The notes under the pieces are model-generated. The model was not told the DNA's origin, made no database searches, and saw only the letters and a list, made by a program, of their open reading frames with translations. Both the position numbers and the translations under genes were made by a program. This document shows positions 40,502 through 54,790 of a stretch of 64,000 nucleotides of DNA, piece by piece. The DNA comes from Eledone cirrhosa (taxonomy: Eukaryota). The stretch is taken from NCBI GenBank assembly GCA_964016885.1, contig OZ024756.1, forward strand, positions 28,458,001 through 28,522,000, given 5' to 3'. Every line of letters starts with the position of its first letter. Position 1 is the first letter of the stretch.

Positions 40502-40792
40502 TTGGCAGAGTCATTAGAACATCGGATAGAATGGCAGAGTCATTAGAACATCGGATAGAATGGCAGAGTTGTTAGAACATCGGATAGAATGGCAGAGTTG
40601 TTAGAACATCGGATAGAATGGCAGAGTTGTTAGAACATCGGATAGAATGGCAGAGTTGTTAGAACATCGGATAGAATGGCAGAGTCGTTAGAACATCGGA
40701 TAGAATGGCAGAGTCGTTAGAACATCGGATAGAATGGCAGAGTTGTTAGAACATCGGATAGAATGGCAGAGTCGTTAGAACATCGGATAGAA
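40502..40792 (+). repeat. 29-bp tandem repeat of a SINE 5' head (A-box region)
   Basis: Unit tggcagagt(c/t)gttagaacatcggatagaa, 10 copies, then the normal SINE body. Confidence 0.9.
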
Positions 40793-41596
40793 TGCTTTAT
40801 GGTATTCATTCTGGCTCTCTGCTCTCTGAGTTCAAATCCCACCAAGGTCAACATTGCCTTTCATCTTTTCAAAGTCGATAAAAAAAAAAGTACCAGTCTA
40901 GTACTGGGGTCGATTCTTCCTCTCTCTGGAAGAAATCTGCTGTACTCAGGCCTGGAGAGAGATGGGCTCCACCAGGCTTAAAATGTCCAAGAAATGCCTT
41001 ATGTCAATACAGCGCCCGTACAACGCTATCAGGATTTACAGGACCATACCCTACTATGATGGAGTATAGAGACCTATGGTAACCACTGATTGTGAGAGAA
41101 AATGTTGATAGTGGCATCCCAATGACTGATTGCACATGTTACCAGAATCTGATAATGATGAAATCCAGGTGTAATATGTACTGGTTGATATACTGTATAC
41201 AACAGTTAACACAATATTGTCTGAAACAAAGACATTTCACTATTGCGGTCACATACTACTACTTAGTTGTATAACCTGTTTAGAAATATAGGGTTAGGAA
41301 TTTAAAGAAAAAAACCAAAAAAAAATCCAATTTTGTTTCAACCAGACTTGCTTTCTTTCTTTCTTTCTTTTTCTTTCTTTCTTTCTTTTTTTCTCCACCT
41401 TCCAGCACTTCCTCCTCCCAACAAAAACATACACGTCAGACACAACACATACCTACCAATTCAAAGCTAACAATACTAGAGGAGTAGGAGGAGTAACAGG
41501 GACAGTCCTTTGCTTCACTCAGGAATATTGTAGCTGTTATTGAGAGCAGGGTGGGGTTAGAGGAAAGGAGAGAGGTTCAATGCTGACATCCATCTT

Positions 41597-42018
41597 TAAC
41601 CTCATCAGTGCCGTAGACGAAATAACTTGTCCTAACATGTATGCATTCCAATGCCATGGACGAGATGACTCGTCCTAACATATTTGAACTCTTTTCCAAC
41701 AGTTCATAACTTCAAAGGTATGAACTCTTTTCCAACAGTTCATAACTTCAAAGGTATGAACTCTTTTCCAACAGTTCATAACTTCAAAGTTATGAATTCT
41801 TTTCCAACAGTTCATAACTTCAAAGTTATGAACTCGTTTCCAACAGTTCATAACTTCAAAGGTATGAAGTCATTTCCAACAGTTCAGAACTCCAAAGTTA
41901 GATGGGGTCACTAGTTTATTGATGTGATGTTTGTCAATCAAAATGGTCATTTTACTGAAAAAAAACCTAGCACAGCTACTGTAGGTGTGTAAAATATACA
42001 CGGCAGTCAACAGGTTAA
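41597..42018. mobile_element. piggyBac-like MITE containing a 36-bp tandem repeat (about 6 copies, 41684-41900)
   Basis: Ends TTAAcctcatcagtgccgt ... acggcagtcaacaggTTAA (imperfect TIR, TTAA flanks). Confidence 0.55.
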
Positions 42019-45000
42019 TGCAGCATGAAAAACATTGTTTGTATAGGGCTTCAAGTTTCTATAACACTGATTTTCTTTTTTTTTAATAACAAATACGATC
42101 GTGAATACAAGAGGCTGAAATGGGGTTTCTCCGAAGGGTCTTTGGAGTAACGTTATTCGATAGAGTGCATAGCTTGGAGATTTGAGAGATCACAGCTCCG
42201 ATTCTATGGTATATGGTTTGAATGTTTCAGGAAAGAATTGTTGGACAGGTTATTCAGGCAAAACCAAATAGCAGGTGACCCAGGGGTAGACCTCGAGTAA
42301 GATGGTTCGATAACATCCATGAGCTTGGCTGGTCTTGCTTGGGGATCCAGCCGGATGAATTGGAGATGGTTGCTTCTGACAGGACCCACTGGAAGGAGTG
42401 TTTGAGGACTCTGCCCTCTCAGAAATAAATGGGGGAAGAAATCCAACCTATGCGAGCATAGAAAAAGGAACATAAAAGGTTGGTGATGGTGGTGATTGTG
42501 ATGATGATGATGGTGGTGGCAATGGTTGTGGTGATGGTGATGATGATTCTGAGCTGATGCTAGTGATGGTGATGATGATGATGATGGTGGTGGTGGCAAT
42601 GGTTGTGGTGATGGTGGTGATAGTGATGATGATGATGATGATAGTAATTGTGATGATAGTGGTGGTGATGATGATGATGGTAACGGTGATGATGGTGGTG
42701 GTGGTGGTGGTGGTGATGATGGGTTGATGGTAGTGGTGATGATGGTGGTGATGATGGTAGTTGTGATGACGATGATGGTGGTGGTGGAGGGTTGATTATG
42801 GTGGTGATGATGATGATGATGGTGATAGTAATTGTGTTTGTGCCAATGTATGAAACTTAACAATGATTTTTATTATTATTATTATTTATTTTATTTATTT
42901 TTATTTTTTCAAAGTCCTAATTTATTTATTTCTTCATGGCTTTCTTGATAACTTCAAAAGATTCTGAAAAAAACCCAAAACAAAACAAAAGAAGTATCTA
43001 GAAATGTGTGAATCATGTGTGTAGAAACTCAGAACAGCATGTGTGAAGACGTGTAGCTTTTATATACGCATGATGATAGTGATAATTGTTTCTACTTTTG
43101 GCACAAGGCCAGAAATTATCCCAGTACATTACTGGTACTTTATTTTATCGACCCCATAAGGATAAAGGGCAAAGTTAACCTCGGCGGGATTTGAACTCAG
43201 TCTGTAAAGGGACGTAACTATGCTAGAAAGCATGGCGTCCGACTCTCTACCGATACTGCCAATTCACTATAGAACATAATGATAGTGGTGATGATAAGAG
43301 TGATATTGATGGTGGTGGTGCTGATGATAGTTTGGTGGTGGTATTGGTGGTGATTGTGATGATAGTGATGGTAGTGATTGTGATGATGGTGATGATTGTG
43401 ATGATAATGGGGACCATGTAAATCTTTTATCTTGATAAATAACAGCAATACAACAACGGAAGTTATAATGTTTATATTAACAACTTAATACACCAACAAC
43501 TTCAGCTAATGAACAAATTGACTTAAGTGTCCATTGACAGACAAACAAGCAAACTAACACACGAGTCGGTTGGCAGTATCGGTAGAAGGTCGGACGCCAT
43601 GATTTGCAGCATAGAGTTACGGCCCTTTATGATCTGAGTTTAAATCCCGCCTAGGTTAACTTTGCCTTTCATCCTTACTGGGTCAATAAAATAAAGTACC
43701 AGTAATGCACTGTGGTAATTGCTGGCCTTGTGCCAAAAGTAGAAACAATTATTTAAGCTATGTTACTGGTACTTTATTTTATCCTTACTGGGTCGATAAA
43801 ATAAATTACCAGTAATGCACTGGGGGTAATTGCTGGCCTTGTGCCCAAAGTAGAAACAATTATTATTTGTGTTTATACTTATACACAGATCAATATTATT
43901 CCATGTTATATTTTAACAGAATTACAGATAATAAATCAATTCACTGTTGTATAAATAATTGTTCCTACTTTTCCAAAAGGGAGTAGACACTCAAAGCAAA
44001 AACACACAATTTTTTAGTCCACTCCCTTCCACCCAAAATTGCCTCAGAAATGTTACCTTTTAATCAATTTTTGCTGTCTGAAGAAATCACGATATCTATC
44101 GTCATTGAAATATTTATTATGGCTCAATTAATAAAGGACCCTAACATCTTCAACTTCACATTTTCCTCTTTATTAATATACTCTGTCATCCTTGTTTTTA
44201 GGAAGTAATATGACATTGAGTGCTAGAAGTGAACTGCATCCTTGTATACCGAATATATATATATATATAGTAATAATTGTTTCTACTTTAGGCACAAGGC
44301 CAGCAATTACCCAGTGCATTACTGGTACTTTATTTTATCGACCCCGTAAGGATGAAAGGCAAAGTCAACCTCGTAATAATAATAAATTTGAAGACTAAAA
44401 TTCAAAGAGGGCTCGATAAGGATAAATATGTATCAAATATATAAGAACCGTAGAGCAAATATTTATTAAAATAACAGATTTTAATAAATATATATATATA
44501 TATATATATTGTTATACTTTGGGAGAGTCATGTTGCCAATAAGAAACACACGCACCAGTTGCTTTCACTCCAATTTATTATAAATTAAATTATAAATTTA
44601 AAAATTTATAAATTTCCGGTTGGTTGGTTGGTTCCATAACCGGACGGTTGTTCATATATTGTCAAAGTTCTTTCGTCACACATTCTGTGACCTCTTTAGT
44701 GACTGGGGATTCTTTTCTTTGTTTTGTGCCTCTCCTTGGTGCATGTGTTTCTTATTGGCAACATGACCCTCCCAAAGTATAACAACATCGGTTTCAACAC
44801 ACAGATAAAGAATCTTGCTAAACAAATTCAGAAACGAAATATATATATATGTATATATATATATAAATATCAGCCTCCTCCTCCTCATCATCATCATCAT
44901 CATCATCGTTTTAATGTCTATCTTCCACGCTAGCATGGCTTAGACGGCAATTGTCCCACTTGAGGCAAGATTGATTGGGTGATCGTGTCTCACTTGTATA

Positions 45001-45854
45001 GGATTGTATCTGGCAGGTTTTCTACGGCTAGATGCCCTTCTTAACACCAACCACATTTACAGTGTGGACTGGGAGTCTTTTTACCGGGTCTCTTACACGA
45101 CCTCTTTACAGTGTGGACTGTGTGTTTTTTGTCGTGATACCTACATGACCTCTTTAGTTTGGACTGGACGTTGTGGTACTAACATAACTTTACAGAGAAA
45201 GGGTGGTGTTGGTGGGAGTGGGAGGATGGAGTAGGGGTTGGGGGTTGGGGTGTATATATACCGAATATATATATATATATATTGAGAGAAGGATGGTTTT
45301 CAAAATATATTTAAGATGGATCTGTACATCCCTGAAAGTTTAGAGTTGATCTTTAGATTCACTTTTTGAACTTTGCACTGATAATAAATGTACTGACACA
45401 AGGTATTCTTCCTGTATATCACTACCACCACCACACCTCCATCATCATCACCATCAGTTTCTTCATCATTATTGCCACCACCATCATCACTACCACCAAC
45501 ATCATCATCACCACCACTACCACCATCTTCATCACTACCACCATCTTCATCACCACCACCACCACCACCACCACTGCCACCACCACTCTCCACCATCATC
45601 ATCACCACTATCAATACCACCACTACCACCACCACCACCACCACCACCACCACCACCATCACTACTCCCCACCATCATTATCACCACTATCAATACCACC
45701 ACCACTCTCCACCACCACTACTCCCCACCACCACCACCATCACCACTCTCCACCACCACTCTCCACCACCACTACTCCCCACCACCACCACCACTCTCCA
45801 CCACCACTACTCCCCACCACCACCACCATCACCACTCTCTAATGACTTCAGCAG

Positions 45855-45930
45855 AGCTATCTATAAAACCAGTACCATTGCACTATTACTCTGTAGTTAC
45901 CAATATAGGAAGCTACCCAAACTACTGCAG
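45855..45930 (+). other. Probable 5'-UTR exon of SLC35C2
   Basis: Unique sequence between repeats; tandem cagcag acceptor after a C-rich tract; perfect CAG|gtaagt donor at 45930/45931; coding exon 1 has an acceptor 6 nt before its ATG, so an upstream exon is needed. Confidence 0.5.
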
Positions 45931-46602
45931 GTAAGTTTTTTTAAAAATACTTATCTCTATATGTAGTGTTCAGATGGTCATTTTAATCTTTTAGTGGTTT
46001 CATTCATTGGACTGTGGCCATACTGGGGTGCTGCCTTTAATTCATATGTACCCCAGTACCTCTATTTTTCTATACTTTTACATATTTCATTCATTGGACT
46101 GGGGCCATACTGGAGCGCTGCCTTTAATTCATATGTACCCCAGTACCTCTATTCTTGTATACTTTTACATATTTCATTCATTGGACTGTGGCCATGCTGG
46201 AGCGCTGCTGTGAAAGGCTTCACATGTATTCGAGTACTTTTATTTTGTAAACCATTACAGATTTCATGTCACTCATTATACTGGGGCCATACATAATTTC
46301 ATTATTATTATTATACTGGGGCAGTGCTGTGAAGGGATTCATATATAATTTTAAAAATTCATCAGTTATTGGACTGGTGTCATGCTGGGGCACGGCTTTG
46401 AAGAGATTTAGTAGATTATTTCAGCCCCAGTACTTGCATTTATTCTTTTACTGGTTTCAGTCATTGGAGCGGGCCCATGCTGGGGCACAGCATTGAAGTG
46501 ATTTAGTAGGTCATATTGACCTCAGTACTTTTTTTTACTGGTTTCAATCATTTAACTGGGCCAATCTGTCTAAAAATAGGATTACAAATTTATATACCTT
46601 AT

Positions 46603-46651
<49 letters not shown>

Positions 46652-47134
46652 ATGTTTGTGTGGAGTGTTTATATAGGTATTTAACAGCTGTCCTAAAATA
46701 CTTTTCTAACTTCTTGCTTTCATTTTATCATTCACACTCATTCATAACTGTTTATATCATCATCATCATCATCATCGTTTAACGTCCATCTTCCACGCTT
46801 GCATGGGTTTGGACGGGAGTTTCCCACTTGGGGCAAGATTTGTTGTCCTGCTCGTATAGGACTGTCTGGCAGGTTTTCTACGGCTGGATGCCCTTCCTAA
46901 CACCAACCACGTTTACAGTGTGGACTGGGAGATTTTACCGTGTTACCTACATGGCCACATTACAGCGTGGACTGTGTGTTTTTTTTGTTGTGACACCTAC
47001 ACGACCTCATTTGTTTCGGACTGGATGTTGTGGTACCAACATAATTTCACATTTAAGGGGGTGGTGTGGATGGGATGGGGGTAGTGGAACGGAGGTGTAT
47101 TTTGTTAGAGGTGCCTACTGACTGTAGGTTTCGC

Positions 47135-47262
<128 letters not shown>

Positions 47263-47286
47263 ACACACACATATATATATATATAT

Positions 47287-47333
<47 letters not shown>

Positions 47334-47338
47334 TATAA

Positions 47339-47377
<39 letters not shown>

Positions 47378-47476
47378 CAGAGAGTCATGGTTGGGATTTT
47401 ACATATCTCTATACCCACTCTGGATCTCATGCATTGAGTACTCCCATGATTAGTGGTCTCCCCTGTCTCAGCACCA

Positions 47477-47507
<31 letters not shown>

Positions 47508-48106
47508 CAATATATTTTCAATAGGCAACAACCATACTAATAATTTCTTTTAACAAACTAATTTCTTCAAAATTTTTGATTATTTTCAAAATGGTTTCAA
47601 AGTTGTAGGCAATATCTTTCATTTGAAATATGCTAATGAAAGGGTTAACCCTTTTGCATTTAAACCGTATCTGGCCAGAATTTTCTTACCCCTTTCTGTT
47701 GAAACCAGCTGTTCATACTGACTTTAACCCTTTAGCATTTAAACTGGCTGTATCCAGCCAAAATTCTCTCATCTCTTTCTGTTCAAACCAGCCATAACTG
47801 ACTACTCATACTTACGTTAAGGTATTGTTCTCAAAATAAATAATATCACAATCTTGTAGATTCAATATTATGTGAGATAAAGTGTTTGAAAATACAATAG
47901 TAAATAGAAAATACAATAGTAAATATAGAGTAATGTAAATGCTAAAGAGTTAAGGTATTGTTCTCAAAATAACATCATCAAAATCTTGATATTATGTGAG
48001 ATAATTATGTGAAGAAAAGCCTTTATCATGAAAATATAATGGTAAATATAGAGTAATGGAAATGCTAAAGGGTTTAATATATTTTTTATTGTCTTTTCAG
48101 TTGTAA

Positions 48107-50712
48107 ATGAGTGCCGTCCAGGATCTGGTAAAGAAGCCACCAAGGGCAGTGTGTGACCAAATGACTGCAGCAAGTTCTTCGAGTAAAGCTATGCCATCAA
48201 GATGTGGTTACCTGTGCTTTGTAAATGCCTTGAAACTAGTTGCTCTGGTTGCTTGTTATTACATCCTATCTATCACACTCACCTTCTACAACAAAATATT
48301 TGTAAAGGTACGTTGTAACTTTGAGATACCAACTACACGCCTGAAACTCTGATAAGTCTTAGAAGTATTGGAATTTGAAAAGGATTCCAAGTTATGTAAA
48401 AAACACCCATTAATTCCCACACTCACGCCCACCCCATAGACTGCCACCTCCAGTCTGAGTGTTTTCATCATCATCATCATCTTTACCACCATCACCACCA
48501 GCATCATCATCATCATTTTACGTTCGCCTTCCATGCTGGCATGGGTTGGACAGTTGCCACAGTCTGAGACAAGACAGGGTGGGTTGGATTGGGTTTGGCT
48601 AGGTTTCTACAGTTGGATGCCCTCCCTAATGGCAACCACTTTACAGACTGTAGCGGTTGCACTTTGTCATGGCTCCACCATTACCACTTTACAGAGTCAA
48701 CTTGGTGCATTTTATTGTGGCACCAACACTAGAGAGGTTTGTCATATGCTCTGCCAGACTAAAGAGTCCTTTCTTCCTTATGCTGTCTCTGCTCAATTGC
48801 CAGACATTTTACAGAGTGAACTTGGTGCATATTATTGTGGCACTGCTCCTACCACTATTAATATTATGTCTTATATAATGTGGAAAGTGATATAAGACTA
48901 AACAATGCACATGGACGGCAAGATGAAGGTAACGAAAAATTTAGTTACCTGGTAATCTTTGTTTGTTTTTGTTGCTGTTGTTTATTTTGTCTTTATATTT
49001 CAGGACTTAAAATTCCCTTCTTCAGAGTATAAGGAACTGTTTTCTCTGAGAGTTCCTTATATTCTGAAGAAGGGAATTTTAAGTCTTTAAATATTAGGAC
49101 AAAATACATAACAACAAAAAAAAACAAAACAAACAAAGATTACCAGGTAACTACCATATTTCCTGGTGCTGAGGGCGCTTCGTCCTTGAGGACACACCCT
49201 AATTTTGACGACCAAAAAAAAAAAAAAAATAATAAACAACCTTTGGCCTCCAGGACGCATGGTAGATTTTTTTATACTTAATTTAGGAAAAAAGTAGTGT
49301 CTTTGACACCATGAAATACGGTAACATTTTTGTTATCTTCATCTTATCATCCATTTGTGCATTGTTTAGCCTTATATTACTTTCTACATTATGTAATATA
49401 TTATAATAAATAATAATAATGAAATTATTGTGTACAGTGCTCAGGTGCTCTACAACTCATCAAAGGTGCATGTATAGTACATAGAATAATGTACAAATGT
49501 CAGGAAAATGAACAGTGTATGAGTCATGATATTTATGTGTGCGTGTGTATGGAGGGGGATATCAGGCGTATTGTTGGCGAATTTCAGGAAGCATGGAGGT
49601 TTTAAAGGATGCAGTGTCTCGATAGCTAACAACTGTTGCAGGTAGTTTGTTTCATGCTTCACCAACTCTGAGTGTGAAAAAATGTTTCCGAAAGTCATGT
49701 TTTCTGACTCTGTTGGCATGCCCACGTGTGTTAGACACATGGAAATCAAAAAGGTGCTCAGGGTTGTTGTTGGCAAGATGGTTAATCATTTTGTGGATGT
49801 TTACCAAGTCAGTTGCCAGGCATCGGAGCTTCAATGTATCAATATATAATACTTCAAGCAAAATAAACATTTAAAAAATATCATGTCTGTTTTTCCAGGC
49901 TTGTCAGGGTTGGACATATCTTTTTTAAAACAATGTCTTGTCACTGGAATTGGAACAAGAATTTGTTTCATATTTTTTCTTCAATCTTCTCTCTTTTTTT
50001 TTCAGCATTTCCACCTTCCATTATCTCTGACTCTCTTTCATCTAATTTTCAAATTTATAATGGCCTGGATTGTAAGGGCAATCTGGGAATGGAAGACCCA
50101 AACTCACCGGGTTGAAGTTTCATGGTCAAACTATATCAAACGATTGGCACCACCAGGTAATTAACTTAATAAATCTTTTTCTAAATTGTCACTTGTCAAA
50201 ATTGAATTGTTCCAGTCAATTTGAATGAATGACAAATAAATAGTTAAAATATACACATATCTACACCGGATCCAAACACAAAAGAACCAAATCCCCACTC
50301 TCACTGCCTCCATATCTCCTGCTCTCCCCATCTCTCACTATTGTGAGCAAAAGGGGTCCCACACGCTGGCTGCCCCGTGGTCCCAGCAGACAAAATAGAG
50401 AAGGTGTTTCTCCGAAAGATGGTGAGGGAGACACATCGTTATATATATATATATTTATGTGGTATTCATTTGTATATTGATTGATTCTGATGAGTCCCAC
50501 AAGTATGAAACAATTGTAAATTAAATTATATATATATCCATTATAATATGTTACCAAACACTAGTATTTATATCATAATCTAATTTACAATTGTTTCATC
50601 CTCGTGGGACTGATCAGAATCAATCAATATACAAATAAATACCTCAACAAGTTCATCTTTTCACCTTTCCAGTTTTTATATTTGAAAATGAATTTCTTTA
50701 TATGTGTGTATG

Positions 50713-50743
<31 letters not shown>

Positions 50744-50760
50744 TATACACATACACACAC

Positions 50761-50811
<51 letters not shown>

Positions 50812-50833
50812 TGCTAAATTTAGGTTTAATCAA

Positions 50834-50888
<55 letters not shown>

Positions 50889-51905
50889 ATAATGTTTCTC
50901 AGTACCAAGCCTCATGAACATCATAATCATCATCATCGTTGTTTTTATGTCTACGTTACCATGCTAGCGTGTATTGGACAGGATGGTTTGAGACAATGTT
51001 TTACAGCTGGATGCCCTTCTTAACATTAATCCTTTTTATTCCCCTCCTACGACAAACACACACAAAATACCAGAATATACAGCTACTTAAACCTGTTCTT
51101 TTTCTTCAGGTATTGTCAGTGCTCTGGACATAGGAATGTCTAACTGGAGTTTTGAGTACATTACTGTGTCATTGTAAGTATTGGTTCTGATAATCTTCAT
51201 TGTCATCTAACTCACTCGTATTGCAGTTTATACCACAAATTCGTAAGCCAATGGGTTTCACACCTAGAAAGCTCATTTCCAAGGCACTAGTCTGGGTAAT
51301 GTGTTTTAGTGGAAGACCAGCAGTGGAAGACATGGATACCAATCTCCCCTTCTCCAAGCCACTGATGTTGTCTAAGAGAAAGACAGAGACCTACACAGCT
51401 TGGCGCCAGTGTCATTGCAACACATATATACTCAATATAAACACTATAAATACACAAGATACACTATATATACATAATATACATTCTATGTGATGTTTAA
51501 GATAAAGGTAAAAACTGACACAACTTGGTACCAGTGATGTTGCAACTTGTTATTTCCAGCTGAGTGAATTGGAGTCATGTGAAATAAAGTGTCTTGCTCA
51601 AGGACACAATGCACCACCAGGACTGGGAATTGAACTTGAAACCTTGTGATTGTGATCTACATGATAAACGCACTCAGTACACACTGTAAAGTGGTTGGTA
51701 ATAGGAATGGTATCCAGCTGTAGAAAGCTGCTTCATTTTGTTCAGTCAATCTCGTTATAAAGAATTTCTAGTTACAAACAAATTTTTTTTTATACCCCGT
51801 GAATTTCATTATAACAGAATTTTACTGTATATATATATATGTATATGTATATGTTTGTGCATGTATATATATATATGTGTGTGTGTATATATATATATAT
51901 ATGTT

Positions 51906-51940
<35 letters not shown>

Positions 51941-52029
51941 GTTTGTGTGTGTATATATATATATATATATGTTTGTATATATATATATATATATGTATAT
52001 GTATATGTTTGTGCATGTATATATATATA

Positions 52030-52066
<37 letters not shown>

Positions 52067-52862
52067 GTTTGTGTATATATATATATATATATATATTTAT
52101 AATGAGGATGATGATGATAATTGTTTACTTTTGGCATAAGGCCAGGAAATACCCCAGTGCATTACTGGTACTTTATTTTATCGACCCCGTTAGGATGAAA
52201 GAAAAAGTTAACCTTGGTGGGATTAATAATAATAATTGTTTCTACTTTTGGCACAAGGCCAACAATTATTCCAGTATATTACTGGTACTTTATTTTATCG
52301 ACCCCTTAAGGATGAATGGCAAAGTGAACCTGGGCGGGATTTGAACTCAGACTATAAAGGGGCATAACTCTATGCTGCAAAGCATGGTGTCCGACCTTCT
52401 ACCAATAATAATTGGTTCTACTTTAGGCACAAGGCCAGCAATTACCCAGTGCATTACTGGTACTTTATTTTATCGACCCCGTAAGGATGAAAGGCAAAGT
52501 TAACCTTTAGGAATGAGGTGTGAAAATATCCTCATTATGTTTATTCATGTGTTATACGTATTTCATGATCAACACCCATGATACATCTGAACTCCCCACT
52601 TCGGCCCCCTCCTCCTGAATGCCAGACCTCCCACCTACTGCCTCCAGCCTTCTTAAAACTTTTCATTTTCAAAACCTCGATGTTCCACCCTTTTCTCTTT
52701 CTCTCTCTCCAAACTCTCCATTTCCTGAAGAAGGACATATGTCCGAAACATTGAACCCTTTCCCACTTCCATCTAAGCATGATATTAATAAGTCTTTGTG
52801 TTTTTACATCTCTGTGTTTGACTTGTCATTTCTTGAACTTTATATATATATATAAAGAAAGA

Positions 52863-52907
<45 letters not shown>

Positions 52908-53304
52908 CTCATCCTTTTCAATGGCTGATAATACCTTACCGGCGCCACTTGAATAAGGAAATTATTTAACCCATAAATGGGGCCCTAACATGTTCTGCTA
53001 CTCAGGACCAGAGTAGACCTGGGAGTGATAACAACTTAGGGGTAACTCCACATTCCCCACAGCTCTTGAACTCCCAAACTGGAGGCTTGTCACTGGATGC
53101 AGTTTTAATGTCATACCCAGGACAATATATATGTATGTTACCCCTCACTGTCCTCAACAGCATGAACTTTAACCATCGGAATAATATTACAATTGTTCTG
53201 AATTCCTAATGTGCTGAAGACTTTGAGTGTGCTTTGAGTTTTTCTCACCTTGCCAAAAGTAATAGTGGAATACACCATTATAATATCTTACACACACACA
53301 CATG

Positions 53305-53363
<59 letters not shown>

Positions 53364-53925
53364 CTGTGTGTGTATGTGTGTGTATATGTGTATGTATGTG
53401 TATATGTATGTATGTGTGTGTGTATATGTATGTGTGTATATATGTGTATGTGTGTGTATATATAGGTATATGTGTGTGTGTGTATATATATGTATGTGTG
53501 TGTGTGTGTATATATATATATGTGTGTGTATATATATGTGAATGTGTGTGTGTGTATATATATATATTGTATATATGTCACCAAAGTTCATCATCATCAT
53601 AGTTTAATGTCCCATATACGTTTATTTTTTTCTCTTCTCTTTCCAGATATACAATGTCAAAGTCTTCCACAGTCCTCTTTATATTGGCTTTCTCCCTCCT
53701 CTTTAGACTTGAGAAATTTGTAAGTGCTTCCATTTATTTATTCATTTTTTGTTTATTTCATAGAACAAGGGTAGTAGTCAATCTTGGCAGGATGAAAGAC
53801 AAAATTGACCAATCATAATGGTTTCTGATTTAGGCACAAGGCCAGCAATTTTGGGGGAAGGGAAAGGTGATCAATCAAATCGACCCCAGTGTGTTACTGG
53901 TACTTTATTTTATCGACCCCCGCTA

Positions 53926-53979
<54 letters not shown>

Positions 53980-54367
53980 ATGTGTATAATTGACAGACGT
54001 GAAAAAAAGTGCTCAATATATATATATATATATATAGTCTAACCCATGCTAGCGTGGAAGATGGACGTTAAACGAAGATGATGATGATGATATATATAGG
54101 AAAATGTTTGACCCCGATGGCAGAGCTCAAGCTGTTTCAACGGCTATTTCAGTTCAGAAATAGCCGTTGAAACGGCCTGAGCTCTGCTGTCGGGGTTAAA
54201 CATTTTCCTATTACCCACTCTATACCCTAAGTATTGAGTACTCTGGTGCGTTATGGTCCATCTGGTTCCTTACCACACCTCCTTTGTTATATATATATTT
54301 ATATATATATATATATATATGTCCCATCCTTGCAAGCAGGGAAAAAGTGGACGTAAAATGAAATGAA

Positions 54368-54398
<31 letters not shown>

Positions 54399-54751
54399 CA
54401 TCATCATCATCATCATCATTTCATTTTACGTCCGCTTTTTCCCTGCTTGCAAGGGTGGGACGGGAACTGATGCTGGCTTGATTTCTACAGCTGGATGCCC
54501 TTCCTAACACCAACCTCATTTACAGTGAGTGCTGGGTGCTTTTTTGCCGTGGCACCTCCACGACCACTTTGCAGTGGAATGATATGGACCCCAGTCCCTA
54601 TCATCTCATTTCTACAGCTGAGTAAACTGGAGCAATGTGAAATAAAGTGTCTTGCTCAAGGAAACAACACATCACCCGGTCTGAGAATTGAACTCACAAC
54701 CTTTCGATTGCAAGGCCAATGCTCTAACCATAAGCCATATGCCTCCATGTG

Positions 54752-54790
<39 letters not shown>

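Noticed and set aside
41684-41914. MNSFPTVHNFKG repeat peptide resembling a neuropeptide precursor
   Set aside because: No signal peptide or dibasic cleavage sites; it is a 36-bp tandem repeat inside a probable MITE
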